From Promethearchaeota archaeon (GTDB lineage Archaea > Asgardarchaeota > Thorarchaeia > Thorarchaeales > Thorarchaeaceae), in assembly GCA_027031765.1 (NCBI GenBank), contig JALVPN010000027.1, positions 1 to 19,450 of the forward strand: DNA of 19,450 nt, in the 5' to 3' direction. This document shows positions 1-8,230 of the stretch, piece by piece (the first letter of the stretch is position 1; each line of letters begins with the position of its first letter). The notes beneath the pieces were generated by a model. It was not told the DNA's origin. It ran no database searches and worked only from the letters and a program-made list of their open reading frames with translations. The translations under genes were made by a program, and so were the position numbers.

Positions 1-1074
1 CCTCTGGTCCGGGTACACAGTGAGGTCTACCGAGTCCGTCGCATTTCGTCCGTACTTGTCTATGAGGGTGAGGTTGAACGTGTAGTGTCCTAGGTAGAAG
101 TCGTCGACCTCCACGACCATGTCGTCACCCTCGGGGTGTGCGAGAGTCCAGGTCTCTGTCTGGTTGTCCGGTGGGCCGTGGACCGCCGAGACGTTGCCGT
201 ACGTGTCGTCCATCTCGTGTACGACTATGGTGAGGCTGAAGTTTGCTGGGTTGCTGTCGTAGATGTGCCATACGATCTCATGGCCCTTGGAACCGAACTC
301 GTACTCAATGTCATCTGGAGACGATATCTCGGGCGGTGTCAGGTCAGGGTAGACGGTGACATTGACACTGCTCGTGGACTCGTGTCCCAGTGTGTCATTG
401 ACCCAGAGAGTGAAGAGGTACCACCCCGAGGCGTTGAGACCGTCGGCACTCACCGTGATGTGGTCTCCCGTCCACTCACCGCTCTCGACCACTACCGGCT
501 CGGCGGTCGTGGAGTTGTCAAGTCGTGTGACATTGTAGTAGTCGGGGTTTGGCTCCGTGATGTTCCACCTTATGTTGTGTCCAAAGCTGCCCTCCTCGTA
601 CTCGAAGTCCTCGGGTGTTTCAATCACTGGGGCTGTGGTGTCTGGAACAACGGTCACGACGACCACGTCCCAGGCAGACTCCTCCTGTTGGTTGAACACG
701 GTGCAGTTGAATATGAAGACGGCTGGCAGCACCGCAGTCTGGTGGTCCCTGTACACATAGTCCACGGGGACATCGATTGGGCCACCGTCCCATGCTCTCG
801 ACTCGTAGACAGTGCCGTTTATGGTGAGTGTGTAGTTCTTCGGCTCTGGGTCTGTAGCGTTCCACACAATCCGCCGGCCAAACGTGCCGTTCTCAAAGGT
901 GATGTCCGGTGGTCCCTCTATGCTGATTGCGACCTCAAATGCTGCGTGGCTGCGGGGTACCACGCCCCTCTGTCCAACGCCAGTGATGAGGAGTGGTGTC
1001 ACAGTGAGCCATATCAGTACCAGCACCAACACAAAGGCCGACCTGTTATCGTGTCCTCGGAGCATGGATGCCAT
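1..1074 (-). CDS. Secreted/surface protein with tandem ~99-aa Ig-like repeats (partial; continues past the left edge)
   Basis: Hand translation of the minus strand is open from ATG 1074 to position 1: MASMLRGHDNRSAFVLVLVLIWLTVTPLLITG (signal-peptide-like), then three repeats (GPPDITFENGTFGRRIVWNATD / APVIETPEDFEYEEGSFGHNIRWNITE / PPEISSPDDIEYEFGSKGHEIVWHIYD), each ending in a YxFTLxVxDxxGxxxxxxVxVTV-like strand. 16 N-x-S/T sequons in the mature part. Absent from the ORF track because no stop lies in the window. Confidence 0.9.
   Translation of the reverse strand, partial: MASMLRGHDNRSAFVLVLVLIWLTVTPLLITGVGQRGVVPRSHAAFEVAISIEGPPDITFENGTFGRRIVWNATDPEPKNYTLTINGTVYESRAWDGGPIDVPVDYVYRDHQTAVLPAVFIFNCTVFNQQEESAWDVVVVTVVPDTTAPVIETPEDFEYEEGSFGHNIRWNITEPNPDYYNVTRLDNSTTAEPVVVESGEWTGDHITVSADGLNASGWYLFTLWVNDTLGHESTSSVNVTVYPDLTPPEISSPDDIEYEFGSKGHEIVWHIYDSNPANFSLTIVVHEMDDTYGNVSAVHGPPDNQTETWTLAHPEGDDMVVEVDDFYLGHYTFNLTLIDKYGRNATDSVDLTVYPDQR
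10..915 (-). repeat. Three protein-level tandem Ig-like repeats, period 297 nt (99 aa)
   Basis: The conserved Trp codons fall at 864-862, 567-565 and 270-268, exactly 297 nt apart. DNA-level identity is low. Confidence 0.8.
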
Positions 1075-1120
1075 CCTTCCCGTCTGTCTGGGAGTCGTGA
1101 CCGTCGGACGCCTGGCGGCG

Positions 1121-1130
1121 GATTTATAGT
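1121..1130 (-). promoter_or_regulatory. Putative TATA box (TATAAA) for the Ig-repeat gene
   Basis: GATTTATAGT on + reads ACTATAAATC on -, about 50 nt upstream of ATG 1074 in an otherwise GC-rich intergenic region. Confidence 0.5.
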
Positions 1131-1320
1131 CTTCGGTGGGAGGTGCGCGAATCCGACAGCATGCCCGTCCGGTCGTGACCCGTTGTGGTAACCCACGTGC
1201 CTGTGCGTCAGCTGCGCCCATTGCCTCCACGGTGTGCCCCCCACTGCCCCCAGCGTATCCGTGCAGAGAACTGTCTTAAGGGTCCAGTCAAAGGGTTGTG
1301 ACAGAACGTGGGGTCTTGCC

Positions 1321-2238
1321 ATGCCGAAGGCCATCTATACTATCTGGTGGGACAACACACTCGGCCCACTGGTGGGCCGCTCCTATCCTCCGGGAAACGA
1401 GCTGACGACGGAGGAGGCCCTCGTAATATTCATGGGACATGGCGTGAACCAAGAGGCGCGGGTCGGCTACACCAAGCTTGACAGGGGACTTGTCGTGTCC
1501 TTGCTTGATGCGCCCAACTGCATCGCCGTGCTCCTCGATGACGACGACGACGCCATGCTTGTTGAACGTAACCTCCACCGCCTTGTCGGTGAGATCGACT
1601 TCAACACTGACGACTGGGACGTGGAGGTAAGACGTGCCTATGAACGGCTGTTGGATCTCATGGAGGAGGCGTCCCACGATGCGCTGCTGTCCGACCCCGG
1701 CATCAGGCGTCTCATCACTGACATGCAGGCTGGACGCCTCCGTGCAGTCAGTCCCAAGCATGTCCTGCGTGTCACTGCGTACTACCCCGAAGTCGCAGAG
1801 TACTTGGGTGGGAATGCGGATGAGGTGGCAAGGAAGCTCCGGGATCTGGAGAGCGCAGGCATCCTCACTGCGAAGACCTTTGGTAGGAGTATCCAGTGCA
1901 TGAGCTGTGGTTCTACGGAACTGACCGTTACAATAATGTGTCCCCAGTGCGGTTCCACCGAGCTGTACAATGTGTATGGTGTCCTGTGCCAACACTGTGG
2001 TGCGCGCGTCCAGACCGTGATAATGGATGACGTTTCGGAGGTGCCGTGCGCGAGCTGTCATAGGCCCATCAGAGTGGCTGGGCTGGAAATCCTCTCGGTA
2101 GAGGCCCTGTGTTCGGACTGTGGCACGGCGACTGAGGACCCGAAGATTACCCTCCACTGTGCCCTCTGCGGGAAGCGACTCACAATAGCCGACCTGCTGA
2201 GCGCAACTGGCCTTGCATACTACCTCTCGGAGTCCTGA
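1321..2238 (+). CDS. Longin/uDENN-like N-terminal domain + winged helix + triple zinc ribbon (TackOD1-like output domain), 305 aa
   Basis: ATG 1321 is preferred over GTG 1234. The N-terminus IYTIWWDNTLGPLVGRSYP resembles the longin/uDENN 'FDxxxGP...P' hairpin. The C-terminus has KLRDLESAGIL (wHTH recognition helix) followed by six CxxC pairs (CMSC, CPQC, CQHC, CASC, CSDC, CALC) and a terminal AYY, the layout of Thaumarchaeal output domain 1. Confidence 0.7.
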   Translation: MPKAIYTIWWDNTLGPLVGRSYPPGNELTTEEALVIFMGHGVNQEARVGYTKLDRGLVVSLLDAPNCIAVLLDDDDDAMLVERNLHRLVGEIDFNTDDWDVEVRRAYERLLDLMEEASHDALLSDPGIRRLITDMQAGRLRAVSPKHVLRVTAYYPEVAEYLGGNADEVARKLRDLESAGILTAKTFGRSIQCMSCGSTELTVTIMCPQCGSTELYNVYGVLCQHCGARVQTVIMDDVSEVPCASCHRPIRVAGLEILSVEALCSDCGTATEDPKITLHCALCGKRLTIADLLSATGLAYYLSES

Positions 2239-2358
2239 CAGCGTCCCACAACGTGCGGTCCACAGTGTGACACGACACGCCGAGACCCGGGCAGTGGACA
2301 GGGCCACCACAACAGTTTTCTCAACGGCGCGTGCAGGTCGTGTCTGGAGGCGCCCGCA

Positions 2359-3222
2359 GTGCCGGAACAGTGTAGAGTCGGAGTGCTCAAGCTCGGCTGC
2401 ATCTCGTCGACCCTGTTGGTCGACCTCATCCTCGACGAGCGTGCCACCCGGAAGGACATCCAGGTGCGTGCCTTCACCACTGGTGCCAAGCTCGACCGTG
2501 AGTCGTGCACGTCCGTCCTGTCCCTGCTCGTTGAGTATTCACCCGACTTTGCTGTCGTCGTCAGTCCCAATGCTTCACTTGAGGGGCCAACGGCCGTCCG
2601 GACGCACCTGCAAGAAGTGGGCATCCCCGTGCTGTCGGTCTCGGACGGGCCCGCAAGACGGGCGTTCTATAAGAAGGACGCATCGGGAAAGCGTGTCCCG
2701 GTGGTGTCAGAGGCCCAGGGCTTCGTCTTGGTGCCAGCAGACGCCATGATTGGGGCGCGCAAGGAGTTTCTCGACCCGGTGGAGATGGCAGTGTTCAACT
2801 CTGATGTGCTGATGGTCCTCGCAGCAACTGGCGCCCTCAGGAAGCTGCAGACCATACTTGACTCGATTGTCGAAGATGTGAAGGCTGGCAGGCCCCCGGA
2901 GATGCCAGCACTGACCCTGACGCCAGAGTACGCCACCGAAGGCGAGTTCGAGAACCCATATGCCCGTGCGAAGGCCGTGGCTGCACTTGTCATTGCAGAA
3001 CAGGTGGGCTCTGTGACCCGACAGGCATGCTTCAAGACGGAGGACTCGCGGCAGGGTACGCTCCTTGCGGCTGCTGCCCACGAGATGATGCGTACTGCAT
3101 CTACCCTTGCCGCCGAGGCGCGTGAGTTCGAGAAGTCGCGTGACACCGTCCTCAGGAAGCCCCACAGGTCTGGCGGGGGCGTGGTGGAGCGGCGCGGCCT
3201 CCTAGAAGGTCCTGATAGGTAG
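2359..3222 (+). CDS. mtd: F420-dependent methylenetetrahydromethanopterin dehydrogenase
   Basis: Family motifs throughout: KLGCISST..DLILDERA.R.DI.VR, PDF.VVVSPN...GP, DAMIGARKEFLDPVEMAVFNSD...VLAATG, FENPYARAKA.AA, GCF-like ACF, AAHEMMR.A..LA.EARE.EK..D.V.R.PH. Confidence 0.95.
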   Translation: MPEQCRVGVLKLGCISSTLLVDLILDERATRKDIQVRAFTTGAKLDRESCTSVLSLLVEYSPDFAVVVSPNASLEGPTAVRTHLQEVGIPVLSVSDGPARRAFYKKDASGKRVPVVSEAQGFVLVPADAMIGARKEFLDPVEMAVFNSDVLMVLAATGALRKLQTILDSIVEDVKAGRPPEMPALTLTPEYATEGEFENPYARAKAVAALVIAEQVGSVTRQACFKTEDSRQGTLLAAAAHEMMRTASTLAAEAREFEKSRDTVLRKPHRSGGGVVERRGLLEGPDR

Positions 3223-3233
3223 TGTTGGACCCC

Positions 3234-4826
3234 TCACTTCCTGTTGTTGTTCCGTTTGATGGTGCTCTGCACCACCTCGCGTGCAGCGGCTATGAGCTTC
3301 TCTGCCAGCTTCACGTTCACACCACTGACCCTTGAAGCAAGACGGCGTGCGTCAGCCCCGGCAAGCTGGGCCGCTGACTCGTAGCCCGCAGTCCGCAGCC
3401 TCCTCTCAAGTCCCGGCCCGATGCCCGGTACACGTCTGAGCGGGAGCACTCTGGCCAGCTCCTCCCCCAAGAAGTCACTGAGCTCGGCATCGCTGATCTC
3501 CTCGGTCGCCTCGATGATGTCAATCTGGGTGCGGATGGACTCGAAGTCCTCCTCTCCCAAGAACGCGGATACGGTCTGCTTGATGAGGGACTCGTCGAAG
3601 TCGAGCGACAGGTCTTCAATCTCGACCTCCCTGCCGACTATCTCTTCGAGGTGTCCGGAGAAGTACAGCGCAACAAGTGCGAAGAGTATTGCGAACTGCC
3701 CACCTACGAGCTTCACCCATGCGGGGGTGTGCCACACTCGCAGGTCGAGGGCCCAGAACAGCGCCATGTACCCCATGAAGAACGTCCACGCGCCCGCAAC
3801 ACGGGTCCCCTTTCCCCTTGCCGAACCCAGTTCCGGCCAGATTAGGAACAGGCACAGCCCCATGAGGAACCCTTCGACGGTCCGCTCAAATACGAGCAGA
3901 GGGGCTGCCAGTACGTGGAAGGAGTAGATGTTGCCGGGGTCTTCGTAGCCATAGAACGCCGACCCGAAGATGACCAGTAGGCCCAAGAGGAGCACCGCCA
4001 TACTGAAGGCGACCTTCCGTCCCCTGCGGTCCGCAATGAGACCGGCCAGGGCTGCGGCACCTGCGAGGACCAGCAGCTGCAACACCCCAATCCCTGAGTA
4101 CTGGCTGAGCGACTCGTACGCGTTGTTCCACGCGAACCCCTCCTCAATCTCCATCTTGGTCGAGAAGTACCACAGCATGTGGGACACCAGGACTGCCACC
4201 ATGGCCACAAAGTACCGCATGGTGTTGCCACGGGCGGCGAGTGGCACCTCCTCAAGACGCCACGTACCTATGGGCACTGATATCACGACGCACCCGAGTG
4301 CCGCCGCGGCTGGGACCAGATAGCTCGAGGCACCAGAGAGCAGCCCCACCAGTGAGGCGGTCTCGTAGGCGAATGCTACGAGCAGGGCCAGCCCAAGGAA
4401 CAGGCCTACGCAGCGCCCTCGGAACCTCACCACGATGCTCCTGCCAAGCTTCACGGCCAGTCCGGTGGCAAAGAAGGCCAGTCCGGCAAATGCAGAGAGC
4501 ACCACTGATGTCTCCATCAGCGGCGAGAAGGGGGACGGTGACCCCAAGACTCCGAGCACTACTCCGAGGGCTGTGGGCACCAGGGTACCGACATATATCA
4601 TCACATCGGTCTGCAGGAAGTGGTCCACGAGGATCCCGCTGATGGGCAGTACCAGCGACGCCGCAAGGGCACCGTACCCCAGCAGGAGGAAGTTGTCAAG
4701 GGCTGGTTCGCTGAACAGCGTCCTTGTGGTCAGTCCGTGGACCATGAAGATGAAGTAGGACAGCATGGGTGCGAAGAGCAGGTACACCGATGCGGTCCTG
4801 ATGGGGAACTCTCTGTACTCCAGCAT
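3234..4826 (-). CDS. MFS-type polytopic membrane protein fused to a C-terminal helix-hairpin-helix domain
   Basis: About 12 hydrophobic segments with MFS motif A (GLIADRRGRK) in the second half, then an acidic linker, then LRRVPGIGPGLERRLRTAGYESAAQLAGADARRLA...LAEKLIAAAR (HhH-type, GIG motif). Confidence 0.75.
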   Translation of the reverse strand: MLEYREFPIRTASVYLLFAPMLSYFIFMVHGLTTRTLFSEPALDNFLLLGYGALAASLVLPISGILVDHFLQTDVMIYVGTLVPTALGVVLGVLGSPSPFSPLMETSVVLSAFAGLAFFATGLAVKLGRSIVVRFRGRCVGLFLGLALLVAFAYETASLVGLLSGASSYLVPAAAALGCVVISVPIGTWRLEEVPLAARGNTMRYFVAMVAVLVSHMLWYFSTKMEIEEGFAWNNAYESLSQYSGIGVLQLLVLAGAAALAGLIADRRGRKVAFSMAVLLLGLLVIFGSAFYGYEDPGNIYSFHVLAAPLLVFERTVEGFLMGLCLFLIWPELGSARGKGTRVAGAWTFFMGYMALFWALDLRVWHTPAWVKLVGGQFAILFALVALYFSGHLEEIVGREVEIEDLSLDFDESLIKQTVSAFLGEEDFESIRTQIDIIEATEEISDAELSDFLGEELARVLPLRRVPGIGPGLERRLRTAGYESAAQLAGADARRLASRVSGVNVKLAEKLIAAAREVVQSTIKRNNNRK

Positions 4827-5097
4827 GGGGCTCTCTCCTAGTTGCTGGGTTCTAACAACCGTGTCGGAATATGGACATTTCGGGGATGCCCTCCTCTTGT
4901 CACCAGCTGTCGTCGTACCGCCGGCTCTCCTCCGCGTATCCTGGCCCGTCGGGGACGCGCGACCGGACAGCCGGTAGACATCTCACACTATGACTCCCGT
5001 CCATGACCGGGCACGCCAAGTTGGGCGTCGTCAGTACCCTGTGGTATGCTGCTCCAGTCCAGTCACGGCCCACGTCCGGGTGGTAGCCCCAACAGTC

Positions 5098-6861
5098 CTA
5101 CGTGCTCGACGCCAGGTGCTGTCGGCGCACACGGTACACGTACACCATTGCTCCCACAGCAAGTGCGCAGACCACTGCCTCCAACACGCGGCCGTCAAAG
5201 CCCACGACTGGGCTGAGACCAGTGGCCACCTCCCGGCCGTCAGGCAGTCCGTCGTCGTCGGTGTCGCTGTCCAGCAGGTCTGAGCCATGCTGGTACTCTT
5301 CAAGGTTGGTCAGGCCATCGTCGTCGGGGTCGAGTGACGCATCGCCGTCGTCGGTCGGGTCGAAGCTGTGGGCCACCTCCCAGCCGTCAGGCAGTCCGTC
5401 GTCGTCAGTGTCAGGGCTCTCACCGTCTGTCATGTACATGGGCTCCGAGTAGTCCGACAGCATATCCCCGTCGGCGTCTACGTCCTTGAGACACCCGGTG
5501 CGGCGGAATGATATGTCCCCACCGTGTCCTTGCCAGTACACCCGGCCCCCACTTACCGACGCCTCTACTGCGTACACATTGCTGTCCTCACTGCCTATGA
5601 CGACGTCGAGGTCGCCGTCGCCGTCTATGTCGCCCAGTGCTGGTGAGGAGGCAACACTGTTCCCGGTCTCGTACGACCAGAGGGTGGAGCCGTTGGCACC
5701 GTCCAGTGCATACACCCAGCTGTCGTAGCTGCCGATGACCACGTCCAGACCCCCATCACCGTCCACATCCCCCAGTGCTGCCGATGAGAGCACGACGTGC
5801 CCGGTGGCGTGTGCCCAGAGGACGGAGCCCGTGGTACCGTCAAGCGCGTACACCCGTCTGTCGTAGCTGCCGATGACCACGTCCAAGTCGCCGTCACCGT
5901 CCACGTCGCCAAGCGCTGCCGATGAGAGCACAGCGTCCCCAGTACCGTGTGCCCAGAGGACGGAGGCCGTGGCACCATCAAGTGCGTACACACTACCGTC
6001 CTCACTACCGACTACCACGTCCACGTCGCCGTCGCCGTCGAGGTCTCCCAGCGCAGGGGAGGAGTACACCCCGCGTCCGGTCTCGTACGACCAGAGGAGG
6101 GATCCTGTGGTGCCCTCAAGCGCGTACACCCGACCGTCATCACTGCCGATGACCACGTCCAAGTCGCCGTCACCATCAACATCGCCGAGCGCAGCTGAAG
6201 AGGCCACCTCGTTTCCGGTCTCGTACGACCAGAGGACAGAACCGTTGGCACCATCAAGCGCATACACCCGACTGTCCTGACTGCCGATGACCACGTCCAA
6301 GTCGCCGTCACTGTCGATGTCCCCAAGTGCTGGCGAGGAGTACACCGGACCTCCAGTACCGAATGACCAGAGGATGGAACCATTGCCACCGTCTAGGGCA
6401 TATACCCGGTTGTCGTCACTGCCCACGACGGCATCGAGGTCGCCGTCACCGTCAACGTCCCCAAGTGATGGGGATGAGGCCACGTATGAGGAGGTGTCAT
6501 GAGACCAGATGATGGAGCCATTGCCACCGTCGAGGGCGTACACCTGGCTGTCGCGACTGCCGATGACCACATCCAGGTCGCCGTCACCGTCAACGTCCCC
6601 GAGCGCAGGTGAGGAGAACACCTCATCCCCTGTCCTGTATGACCAGAGGGTGGAGCTGGGGGCACTGGACCGTGCCTGGTGTCCGGGTGGTGTGGCACCA
6701 GTGAGACCGGGCCCCACCTGTGGGGCTGCAATACCGTCATGGCCGCCGCCCACAGCGGTCACTTGTGGCCTCAGCAAAGTCACCCCTCCATGACCCGATA
6801 CTGCTGCGACTACAAACATCACAGTGACTATGGCTGCAAGCAGAACGAATGGTCTCTGCAT
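5098..6861 (-). CDS. Membrane-anchored surface protein: signal peptide, 8 FG-GAP/PQQ-like beta-propeller repeats, TSP3-like Ca-binding repeats, C-terminal TM anchor
   Basis: Hydrophobic N-terminus; 8 x 46-aa repeats WSYxTGxxVxSSPALGDVDGDGDLDVVIGSxDxxVYALDG; DTDDDGLPDGWE/DPDDDGLTNLEE/DTDDDGLPDGRE acidic repeats; TM VLEAVVCALAVGAMVYVY followed by a basic tail RVRR. Confidence 0.9.
   Translation of the reverse strand: MQRPFVLLAAIVTVMFVVAAVSGHGGVTLLRPQVTAVGGGHDGIAAPQVGPGLTGATPPGHQARSSAPSSTLWSYRTGDEVFSSPALGDVDGDGDLDVVIGSRDSQVYALDGGNGSIIWSHDTSSYVASSPSLGDVDGDGDLDAVVGSDDNRVYALDGGNGSILWSFGTGGPVYSSPALGDIDSDGDLDVVIGSQDSRVYALDGANGSVLWSYETGNEVASSAALGDVDGDGDLDVVIGSDDGRVYALEGTTGSLLWSYETGRGVYSSPALGDLDGDGDVDVVVGSEDGSVYALDGATASVLWAHGTGDAVLSSAALGDVDGDGDLDVVIGSYDRRVYALDGTTGSVLWAHATGHVVLSSAALGDVDGDGGLDVVIGSYDSWVYALDGANGSTLWSYETGNSVASSPALGDIDGDGDLDVVIGSEDSNVYAVEASVSGGRVYWQGHGGDISFRRTGCLKDVDADGDMLSDYSEPMYMTDGESPDTDDDGLPDGWEVAHSFDPTDDGDASLDPDDDGLTNLEEYQHGSDLLDSDTDDDGLPDGREVATGLSPVVGFDGRVLEAVVCALAVGAMVYVYRVRRQHLASST
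5542..6645 (-). repeat. Eight tandem 138-bp intragenic repeats (propeller blades)
   Basis: The GACCAGA motif recurs at 6641, 6503, 6365 and onward with a 138-nt period; DNA similarity is clear (e.g. CTGCCGATGACCACGTCCAAGTCGCCGTCACC). Confidence 0.9.
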
Positions 6862-6909
6862 CGAACGTGCAACACCCTCTTACTCTTGGTTCCCGCTACG
6901 TCCTCTCGT

Positions 6910-7020
6910 GCCGTACCATTGTGGCCTCAGGTGTAGTGCGGCCAGGGCAGCCCGGAGGCTGTGACCCAGACGCTCGAGGCGAAATGGGCCCACAGAACAC
7001 TGAGCCACTCTGGCACGGCC
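6910..7020 (-). ncRNA. Candidate structured RNA (5' leader of the FG-GAP gene or an independent small RNA); family unrecognised
   Basis: On the minus strand, nested pairings: GCCGUGCCA/UGGUACGGC, GUGGCUCAG/CUGAG(G)CCAC, GUGU/ACAC, CUGUG(G)GCCCA/UGGGUCACAG and inner CGC/GCG. Two pairs are G-U on - but A-C on +. A TTTATC box lies ~25 nt upstream. Confidence 0.45.
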
Positions 7021-7044
7021 CTGTAGTACTAGATGGCGTCGAGA

Positions 7045-7059
7045 GATAAAGGCCTTTGC
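7045..7059 (-). promoter_or_regulatory. Putative BRE/TATA (GCAAAGGCC-TTTATC) predicting a transcription start near 7020-7022
   Basis: Minus strand reads ...GCAAAGGCCTTTATCTCTC...; the spacing to the start of the long stem fits archaeal TATA-to-TSS geometry. Confidence 0.4.
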
Positions 7060-7266
7060 GGTCAGGACCCCGTACGGGCGTTCCCGGGCTACTGGAGTCG
7101 GTTGGCATCGGGGAGGGAGCAAGCGACGTGGTGCAGGGGCCCCCAACACGGCGTGAGAGGGACACATCCTGGACATGGGTTCATGTTTCGGCCCATCCGA
7201 CGAGCTCCCAGACGCGATACCTTAAAGACGCTTTGGGACCGCGTGATAGAGTAGAGGAGAGCGACA

Positions 7267-8151
7267 TTGTCGAGCAGGCTTCGTGTACTGGAGTTCATGG
7301 TCCTGAAAGCTGGCGGGATCCCCGTATTCCACTACTCCTTCTCAGGTGCGCAACGGCTAGATGAGCTGCTCTCCGGTTTCCTGTCCGCCATCACGAGCTT
7401 TGCCTCGGAGTTCGGTGAGCGGTCAGTGCAGAGCCTCTCGTTCGAGGGCTCGGAGCTCCTCTATGAGCAGACCTCCGACATGGCGATGTTCATCTTCCTC
7501 GTCGAGTCGGGCGCCCCGGAGAAGGTGCTGAGGGCCGTCCTCCGTGAACTGAGCGAGAGGTTCCTGTCCCGATATCGTGTGGAGCTCGACATGGACGTGC
7601 CCGTCCGAGAACTCTTCTTGGACTTCAAGCATGATGTCCTGGAAGTGTTCGCACGGTACGAGTCGGTCATGCGTGTTGCGTCGAGTCTGGGGCCCTTTGT
7701 GGTACCGACTATCATCCGGGAGCAGTGGGAGCACACCAGTAGCAGGGGCCTCCTCGATGACCTGCACAGGGACTTCGGCATCACCGCCACGCGTGTGGTC
7801 GAGGCCATTGATGGCAAGAAGCCCCTCCACGAGATTGCGCTATCGCTCGGCCTTGAGGAGGAGGAGGTGGCGCAGGTGGTGGAGTATCTGACGATTGCGG
7901 GCGTCCTTTCGGTCGCACGGATGCACCCTGTTGTGCGTGCCGACGACACTCGTTTTGATGCCTACCTTGACCTCGTGGGCCTGCCACGGAGGGACTACAA
8001 CCTGTTGAAGCGTGCCAGCCCCTTGTGCACCGGGGAGTACCCCCTTACGGTTGTGAGTGAGCGCATTGGCGTCACTGCTGAGAGGCTATACGAGGTTCTG
8101 TCGAAGCTCGGCGACAACGTCCAGTGGCGGCTTGTGGAGGTCGCTGCATGA
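7267..8151 (+). CDS. Longin-domain protein with two C-terminal winged helices (NPRL2-like architecture), 294 aa
   Basis: TTG start after AGAGGAGA. Longin signature VLKAGGIPVFHYSF...ELLSGFLSAITSFASEFGERSVQSLSF...LRAVLRELSERFLSRY. wHTH1: VVEAIDGKKPLHEIALSLGLEEEEVAQVVEYLTIAGVL. wHTH2: LCTGEYPLTVVSERIGVTAERLYEVLSKLG. Confidence 0.8.
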   Translation: MSSRLRVLEFMVLKAGGIPVFHYSFSGAQRLDELLSGFLSAITSFASEFGERSVQSLSFEGSELLYEQTSDMAMFIFLVESGAPEKVLRAVLRELSERFLSRYRVELDMDVPVRELFLDFKHDVLEVFARYESVMRVASSLGPFVVPTIIREQWEHTSSRGLLDDLHRDFGITATRVVEAIDGKKPLHEIALSLGLEEEEVAQVVEYLTIAGVLSVARMHPVVRADDTRFDAYLDLVGLPRRDYNLLKRASPLCTGEYPLTVVSERIGVTAERLYEVLSKLGDNVQWRLVEVAA

Positions 8152-8230
8152 GCCACGAATGTATAAGTGGGCCGGGTACTATCATAGCCATCCATATCTG
8201 TACCCGTGTCCATGTCGAAGGGCGAAACAA

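Noticed and set aside
136-1191. 351-aa + strand ORF from the track
   Set aside because: Antisense shadow in the same codon register as the Ig-repeat gene; Val/Arg/Cys-rich, no motifs.
1288-2310. 340-aa minus ORF
   Set aside because: Antisense shadow of the longin-TackOD1-like gene; no recognisable motifs.
5542-6645. Regular DNA repeats as a possible CRISPR array
   Set aside because: The 138-nt period is in-frame coding repetition with degenerate third positions; there are no unique spacers and no cas genes.
6870-6935. CCUGA...AGCGGGAA on the minus strand resembling a TPP riboswitch 3' half, and GGUACGGC resembling an archaeal 5S 5' end
   Set aside because: The CUGAGA junction of TPP and the conserved internal 5S motifs are absent.
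7100-7135. GGGGAGGGAGCAAGC resembling SRP RNA helix 8
   Set aside because: The upstream CAGG and GNRA loop geometry are missing, and no long SRP helix 5 pairing or Alu domain was found.
8057-8230. N-terminal extension of the 495-aa ORF
   Set aside because: It overlaps the upstream gene, and paralogue alignment places the real start at ATG 8231.
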